From NCBI GenBank assembly GCA_965116635.1, contig OZ220710.1, positions 325,638-389,637 of the forward strand: a stretch of 64,000 nucleotides of DNA, read 5' to 3'. The DNA is from Thermodesulfobacteriota bacterium (GTDB lineage: Bacteria; Desulfobacterota; Binatia; UBA9968; JAJDTQ01). The translations under genes were made by a program, and so were the position numbers. Below, one piece after another: positions 59,126 to 64,000 of the stretch. Position 1 is the first letter of the stretch. Each line of letters starts with the position of its first letter. The notes beneath the pieces were generated by a model, which was given only the letters and a program-made list of their open reading frames with translations, had not been told where the DNA came from and did no database searches.

Positions 59126-59632
59126 ATGAATCAAACCGTTGGTGAGAAGTTTCCGGATCTGGCGCTCAAGGACCAGACCGGCCAGGAGGCGGCATTGTCG
59201 GGGATCACCGAGGGCAAGTTCCCCCTCATCGTGGTGTTCTATCGCGGCTACTGGTGAGGGAAGTGCGTGGTGCAGTTGCGCCACCTGGTCACCCTGCAGG
59301 AGGAGCTTCCCTCGGCCTATTGCCGTGTCGCGGTCGTCAGCGTCGACCCGCCGCAAGTCAACGGGGCGCTTAGAAACGGCCTCGGGGCGACGTTCCCGTT
59401 CCTGAGCGACCATGAGCACAAGGCCATCGAGGCCCTGGACCTGGTCGACACCTCTGACAAAAAGCACGGGACCATCGCGATTCCATACGCCTTCTCGCTG
59501 CTGCCCGATCTCACGGTCCACCGCATCTACAACGGCTGGTACTACGTGGGCCGGCCCACCAACGAAGAGTTGCGGGCCGATATGCGGGCGATGATCCAGC
59601 AGTGCCGGGGAGACTACGATACGCAGGCGTGA
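59126..59632 (+). CDS. peroxiredoxin/redoxin-like (AhpC/TSA fold) protein, candidate selenoprotein (in-frame TGA at 59255-59257 read as Sec)
   Basis: GGGAGG RBS, then ATG 59126. Reads MNQTVGEKFPDLALKDQTGQEAALSGITEGKFPLIVVFYRGYW-TGA-GKCVVQLRHLVTLQEEL..., in frame with track ORF 59267..59632. The FYRGxWCxxCxxQL motif of this family places the TGA on the first Cys of CxxC. Confidence 0.7.
59267..59284 (+). promoter_or_regulatory. SECIS-like hairpin downstream of the peroxiredoxin-like in-frame UGA
   Basis: UGA-N9-GUGGUGC-AGUU-GCGCCAC: a 7-bp stem (one G-U pair) with a 4-nt loop containing GU, starting about 17 nt after the UGA. Confidence 0.5.
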
Positions 59633-59704
59633 GCACCGGGTGATGCCGGGTCGTTGCCCCTCATCCGGTGGTCCGCCTCCGGGTTTTGTGCTAGTTCCAG
59701 CCGT

Positions 59705-59962
59705 ATGATTCAGCCACAAGAAATTGAGGATACGCTGGGGCGGGTGTTCCCGGGTTGTCTGGTGCCGATGATCAAGGACCTGACCGGCGGAGGCGACCAC
59801 TACCAGGTGGTCATTGTGCATGATTCCTTCGCCGGCAAGGGTCTCATCGACCAGCACAAGATGGTCTACGACGCGCTCAAGGACGAGCTCGGGGACGAAC
59901 GGATCCATGCGCTCTCGTTGAAGACCTTCTCGCCCGAGCAATGGGAGAAATACGGCGCGTAG
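59705..59962 (+). CDS. BolA-family protein
   Basis: Start at MIQPQEIEDTL; HYQVVIVHDSFAGKGLIDQHKMVYDAL...IHALSLKTFSPEQW. Confidence 0.85.
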   Translation: MIQPQEIEDTLGRVFPGCLVPMIKDLTGGGDHYQVVIVHDSFAGKGLIDQHKMVYDALKDELGDERIHALSLKTFSPEQWEKYGA

Positions 59963-59972
59963 GCTTCCTGCG

Positions 59973-60061
59973 GTCCTTCGACTTCGCTCCGCTACGCTCA
60001 GGACGAACGCGGTGAAAGCGTTTCCGTTCGTCCTGAGCGTAGCGGAGCGAAGTCGAAGGAC
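59973..60061. repeat. REP-like palindromic element: perfect 37-bp inverted arms, 15-nt spacer
   Basis: GTCCTTCGACTTCGCTCCGCTACGCTCAGGACGAACG (59973-60009) with its exact reverse complement at 60025-60061. Intergenic, after bolA. Confidence 0.85.
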
Positions 60062-60129
60062 GCCATGCAATAGATCAAGTCTTCCAACGTCTCACGTCGC
60101 CAGACCCACACATGTCCGCGGGAGGTACC

Positions 60130-61284
60130 ATGCCGACCATCGACTCCGACGGCCATCTGCACGAGCCCTTCGACCTCTTCGACCGCTACATCGAAAAGGA
60201 GTTCCACCCGCTCCGGCCGCGGGTTATCGACATGCCGGGTGAACCCCGGGACCAGGGCCGTTGGGTCGCCGAGGGACGCGTGGTGCCGCGGATTCCCTTC
60301 TCCAGGGGCGTGGGCGGCGGCGGATTCAACTATCCCACGCCGCGGCACAAGCAGATGAAGGCCCGCGACAATTCCCTGGACGACATTCCCGGCCGTCTCG
60401 ACGACCTCGACCTGATGGGGGTGGACTACCAGGTGGTTTTCCCGACGGCGCTGGTGTGGGTGTTCGACCTCGAGAACGCGGAACTGGCGGGCGCGGTATG
60501 CCGCGCCTACAACAACTACGTGGCCGAGCAGTGCTCCCAGGCCAGCAAGCGGCTCAACGCCATCGCCATGGTGCCGATCCAGGACCCCGCGGGGGCGGCG
60601 GAGGAGGCGAGGAGGGCAGTGGGGGAACTCGGTCTGGCCGGCGTGCTGCTGCCCGGAATGGTCGGCAACCGGCCGTTGCACGCTCCCGAATACGAGCCGT
60701 TCTTCGCCGTGGTGAACGAACTCGACACCCCCATCGGCTTCCACGCGGTCACCGGCATGCACGACACGCCGTGGGCCGACTGCTTCACCGATTTCTTCTC
60801 CACCCACGTCACCGCCATGCCGTTCTCCATGATGGTGGGCATGATGTCGGTGGCGCGCATGGGCATCCTGGCCCGTTACCCCAACCTCCGTTGCGCCTTC
60901 CTGGAAATCGGCGCCACCTGGTTCCCCTACTGGGCCTGGTGGGTGGGCAAGCACATCGAGCACGTCCGGGGACCCCGGGGCGACGGACGCCACGAGGGCA
61001 ACTGGGGCCGGGACCCCTACACCCTGCCGGAAACCATCCGGGAGCCCATGGAAGATATCCTCGCCGGACGCATCCTCTCGGGCTTCGAGGACGACGAGAA
61101 CCTGAGGGCCGTCATCGACCAGGTCGGCGCCGGCTCGCTCATGTACGCCAGCGACTACCCCCACAGCGACATGGACTGGGGCCGGGTGGACGCCATCAAG
61201 AACAACGATTCGATCACGCGGGAAGAGCGGGCGGCGCTGTTGGGCGGGAACGCGCAACGGTTCTACAAGCTGGATTCCCCATGA
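60130..61284 (+). CDS. amidohydrolase-2 family metal-dependent hydrolase
   Basis: Start at MPTIDSDGHLHEP (HxH); ...MYASDYPHSD...GGNAQRFY. Confidence 0.85.
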   Translation: MPTIDSDGHLHEPFDLFDRYIEKEFHPLRPRVIDMPGEPRDQGRWVAEGRVVPRIPFSRGVGGGGFNYPTPRHKQMKARDNSLDDIPGRLDDLDLMGVDYQVVFPTALVWVFDLENAELAGAVCRAYNNYVAEQCSQASKRLNAIAMVPIQDPAGAAEEARRAVGELGLAGVLLPGMVGNRPLHAPEYEPFFAVVNELDTPIGFHAVTGMHDTPWADCFTDFFSTHVTAMPFSMMVGMMSVARMGILARYPNLRCAFLEIGATWFPYWAWWVGKHIEHVRGPRGDGRHEGNWGRDPYTLPETIREPMEDILAGRILSGFEDDENLRAVIDQVGAGSLMYASDYPHSDMDWGRVDAIKNNDSITREERAALLGGNAQRFYKLDSP

Positions 61285-61395
61285 TGCCGATCAAGAGCGA
61301 ATATCCTCAGTCGAAGCTGGCAGGCACCGTCACTGCCGTCGGCGAGATCGTGGCGCCGGTGCTGCCGGAAGAGGGCTGGGAGAGTCTGGCTCCCG

Positions 61396-62355
61396 TCACG
61401 TCGTCGCCACCGCCCGAAACACCCGCATAAAGTTCCCACCCAGGATCCCCGCGGCTTCGGTTTTCGAGAACCCCGCCGCCAGCAGCGCGGCCGCGAAGCT
61501 CGGCAACGCACCGTAGTCGTCGAAGACCGTGTTGCGCAGGCCGTCCATGTCGGTGCCCATGGCGAGGTGCTCGGGGCCGACCAGGTCGGCGAGCTTCCTG
61601 AAGCGTCGGGTCCACCGTTCCAGGCCGCCGCGGCCGGCGGGCCAGACGCCGATGACGCCGTTGGTGGCGGCTATGAGCCTCGCGTGATCGGCGTAGATGT
61701 AACGCGTGTACTTGCGTGGTGTCCGGCGCAGCGCGGTGTGGCTGAGGATGATCGGCTTCGTGGTGATGTCGACGACGTCGCGGGTTACCTGCTCGGTGGC
61801 GTGGGCCAGGTCCACGATCATGCCCAGGCGGTTCATCTCCCGGATGACCTGGGCGCCGAAGGGGGTGAGGCCGTGGTGCCGCGGCTCCTCGGTCTGGATG
61901 TCGGCGACGGCGTTGATGTTGTAGTGGACGAGCTGGATCGAACGGATGCCCCGTTCGTGGGCCTCCTGGACGCGGTCGATGCGTTCCTCCACGAAGTCGG
62001 CGCCTTCGGCGGCGAGGATGGCGCCGGGGCGTTTCATTCGTTTGGCGCGCAGGATGTCCGCGGGACCGAGCACCCGCAGGAGATGCCCCTCGGCGAACCA
62101 CGGCTCCAGTACCGCAAAGCGGGCGTAGCTGTCCCGGTACGATTCCCCGGGCTCGAAGGCGCGCCGGGCCCGGATCCTGCCGGCTTCCCGGTCCCGCCGG
62201 ATGATCGCCCGGTCCGTGCTGACGCAGAAAAAGCCGGCGCTGAGACCGCCCCGGTTCATTTCCAGAACACGCTCGTCCAGACTTGTCCCGTCCCGGTGGA
62301 AACGGCCCGGGTGCGCGTGGATGTCCACGGAGGGGTGACGGTCGAGGAGTTCCAT
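61396..62355 (-). CDS. membrane dipeptidase (peptidase M19 family)
   Basis: MELLDRHPSVDIHAHP..., IRSIQLVHYNINAV, GMIVDLAHA, PIILSHT, GTDMDG; 319 aa from ATG 62355. Confidence 0.85.
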   Translation of the reverse strand: MELLDRHPSVDIHAHPGRFHRDGTSLDERVLEMNRGGLSAGFFCVSTDRAIIRRDREAGRIRARRAFEPGESYRDSYARFAVLEPWFAEGHLLRVLGPADILRAKRMKRPGAILAAEGADFVEERIDRVQEAHERGIRSIQLVHYNINAVADIQTEEPRHHGLTPFGAQVIREMNRLGMIVDLAHATEQVTRDVVDITTKPIILSHTALRRTPRKYTRYIYADHARLIAATNGVIGVWPAGRGGLERWTRRFRKLADLVGPEHLAMGTDMDGLRNTVFDDYGALPSFAAALLAAGFSKTEAAGILGGNFMRVFRAVATT

Positions 62356-62379
62356 GGCCTTGTCGCGGACGGTGGCGGC

Positions 62380-62505
62380 TCAAGGGGCGGCAGGCTCCAG
62401 CGTACCGGCCAAACCTGACGCCGCGAGGCCCAGGAGAAAGCCGCGCCGGGAGAGGGCCGGCCCGCTGCGGATCCTGGTTCTGCCATGCCCCAAGCGGGCG
62501 GACAT
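62380..62505 (-). other. in-frame Tat-type signal peptide coding segment, separated from the dipeptidase by one TGA
   Basis: MSARLGHGRTRIRSGPALSRRGFLLGLAASGLAGTLEPAAP-TGA-AATVRDKA-MELLDRHP. Same frame as the dipeptidase. ATG 62505 lies 5 nt after the upstream gene's stop. Confidence 0.6.
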
Positions 62506-62510
62506 GGCGA

Positions 62511-63236
62511 TCAGGCGGCCAGGCTCCCCATCAGGCGGCCGTAGCCGCTGACCGTCTCCTTGATGCGGATCAGGTGCAGCGCATACCAGATGTAGGCTTG
62601 GCAACTGGTCACCACGGGCTTGCCGATCTCGTGCTCCAGAAGCTCCACGTCCTCGATGGTGGGCCAGCGGGGGCAGGGGATGAAGATTCCGTCCGCTTCG
62701 GGGGCCTTTTCGTAGAGGCGCTTGGCGATCTTGTAGGAGGCGTGCACCGGCAGGTCGGAGATGGCCGAGTTCTTGCGCACGCCATACCCCTCGATCTGCA
62801 GCACTTCGAAGCCGGAAGCCTCGAGAAAAGCCTTCATGCGGGCGTTCAGGTCGTCCTCGTGGGGAGTGGCCACCACCAGGCGGTGCAGCCCCATGGCCTT
62901 GAGGGCCTCGACCTCGCCGGTGATCCCGGCGGTGATGGGGACGCCGGTCTTTTCGGTGAGCCGCCGGCCCATCTCGATGTCGCTGCCGTGGCCCAGCTTG
63001 GTGAAGAGCGGGGAGCCGCCGAGGATGATGACGTCGCAGCCGTTGTCCGCCAGGTCCAGCGCGGCTTCCTCGATGCGCTCAAGCTGCCGCTCGAAGTCGG
63101 CGTCCACCAGTTGCCGGATGGTGCCGGTGCTGTTGAGCAACTGGAAACCTTCGGGAAGCATGCGATAGAATTCGTAAACGAGAGTGTCTCCGCGGGACGG
63201 AGCCACATGGCCCACACGTGCTCGCCAACCGTACAT
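62511..63236 (-). CDS. Asp/Glu/hydantoin-racemase superfamily protein (maleate isomerase / arylmalonate decarboxylase-like)
   Basis: Start at MYGWRARVGHVAP. Only the second catalytic-Cys context (VVTSCQAY) is present. The first site reads ILGGSPLF (no Cys), as in AMDase-type members. Confidence 0.7.
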   Translation of the reverse strand: MYGWRARVGHVAPSRGDTLVYEFYRMLPEGFQLLNSTGTIRQLVDADFERQLERIEEAALDLADNGCDVIILGGSPLFTKLGHGSDIEMGRRLTEKTGVPITAGITGEVEALKAMGLHRLVVATPHEDDLNARMKAFLEASGFEVLQIEGYGVRKNSAISDLPVHASYKIAKRLYEKAPEADGIFIPCPRWPTIEDVELLEHEIGKPVVTSCQAYIWYALHLIRIKETVSGYGRLMGSLAA

Positions 63237-63246
63237 GATGGTCTCC

Positions 63247-63849
63247 TCAAACCGAGGTCGGTGCGCGAAGATCCAGGCAGTGCTCGATCTCCGTGAACAC
63301 CTCGTTGAAATGCATGACCCGGGTGACGCCGGGATGCGCAAAGTCGCGGTTGTAAGGGTGGTGCGGCATCAACACCCGGGCGTTGGTATGCTCGGCCACG
63401 TCCTGGCAGTTCTCGTAGTTGTCATCGACGAACAGCACCACTCCGAGCTTCTCCACCACCACCGACTTCTCCTTCTCCACCAAGTGGACGTCGGGGTTGG
63501 TGATGCCGTGCCGCCGGAACCACTCCGACGTGACCCCGTGAATGTCCCAGCTTTCGTGGCCGGTCCGGTGCGTGATGAACGACAGTTGCCCGCCTTGGCT
63601 GAAGTGTTCCAGCCGCCGCCACTGCTCGGGGCTGAGGAGCGAATCCAACCCGTCCCAGAAATCCGGGTCCCGCCGCACGGCGTCCGCGCAGTCTCGCACC
63701 GCTTCCTCGGTCAGCACGGGATGCGCCGAGAGGCGTACGCTCCGGAGCGACTCCGCCGGGATCGGTCCCTTGCCGATGCGCTTTTCCAGACGGAGAAGGA
63801 AGGGAGAAAGAAAATCCGCCAACACGCCGTCGATGTCCAGCCCCACCAT
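63247..63849 (-). CDS. HAD-superfamily 5'(3')-deoxyribonucleotidase-like hydrolase
   Basis: MVGLDIDGVLADF (DxDxV motif), FVDDN near the C-terminus; 200 aa. Confidence 0.7.
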   Translation of the reverse strand: MVGLDIDGVLADFLSPFLLRLEKRIGKGPIPAESLRSVRLSAHPVLTEEAVRDCADAVRRDPDFWDGLDSLLSPEQWRRLEHFSQGGQLSFITHRTGHESWDIHGVTSEWFRRHGITNPDVHLVEKEKSVVVEKLGVVLFVDDNYENCQDVAEHTNARVLMPHHPYNRDFAHPGVTRVMHFNEVFTEIEHCLDLRAPTSV

Positions 63850-64000
63850 CGTGGGCTAAAGTTTACGTAATCGAGGCGTGCGCTGCAACGCGCCAGTGCG
63901 TCAGGGTGCAGACAAGAATTGTAAGCTGGTGGTTTGCCTGGTGCCGATGATCAAAGAGTTTCACGGCAGACCGGTGACATAGGGCATGCTTTCGGCGTGT

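Noticed and set aside
62380-62382. Third selenocysteine codon (in the dipeptidase leader)
   Set aside because: The TGA lies in a signal-peptide/mature-protein junction with no redox Cys context (PAAP-TGA-AATV). I could not find a convincing hairpin at SECIS distance. Nonsense mutation, readthrough or error is more plausible.

Overview
GC-rich (about two-thirds G+C by eye), densely coding bacterial chromosomal fragment. I saw no rRNA, tRNA or CRISPR. All calls come from reading the sequence and the ORF translations; no database search was possible, so family names rest on motifs and domain borders are approximate. (1) 0.5-14.5 kb: an NCS2-type permease, then a single 3424-aa type I PKS ordered KS-AT-DH-cMT-ER-KR-ACP-KS-AT0, followed by a discrete ACP, an alpha/beta-hydrolase and a lone clpP. 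From memory this resembles the small Sup-type methyl-branched-lipid PKSs of sponge symbionts. (2) 14.5-21 kb: minus-strand housekeeping genes, including a DUF3179 gene whose CPLC motif reads W-TGA-PLC with a hairpin just downstream (selenoprotein candidate). (3) 21.4-30.6 kb: a head-less lambda-like tail module. It has a G/G-T chaperone with an A_AAA_AAC -1 slip site plus hairpin, a tape measure, gpM-like, DUF1833/gpL-like and NlpC/P60 gpK-like genes, and a gpI-J host-specificity fusion. Frameshift lesions interrupt the tape-measure and J genes, and there are no capsid, terminase, tube or integrase genes. (4) 30.7-56.3 kb: an MMPL/RND transporter, an MpaB-type oxygenase and a large acyl-CoA/carboxylate catabolic region. 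That region holds an acyl-CoA dehydrogenase, six family III CoA-transferase units (one split pair, one fused pair), thiolase-DUF35, an amidohydrolase, two Bug/TctC binding proteins, citrate synthase, a crotonase and a radical-SAM-like protein with CX8CX2C. (5) 56.4-59.1 kb: a lower-GC second MMPL gene bracketed by two inverted copies of a MITE-like element. It is followed by a second selenoprotein candidate (peroxiredoxin-like, YW-TGA-GKC plus hairpin), BolA and REP-like palindromes. (6) 60-64 kb: an amidohydrolase, an M19 dipeptidase whose in-frame Tat signal peptide is cut off by one TGA, an Asp/Glu-racemase-superfamily gene and a HAD nucleotidase-like gene.
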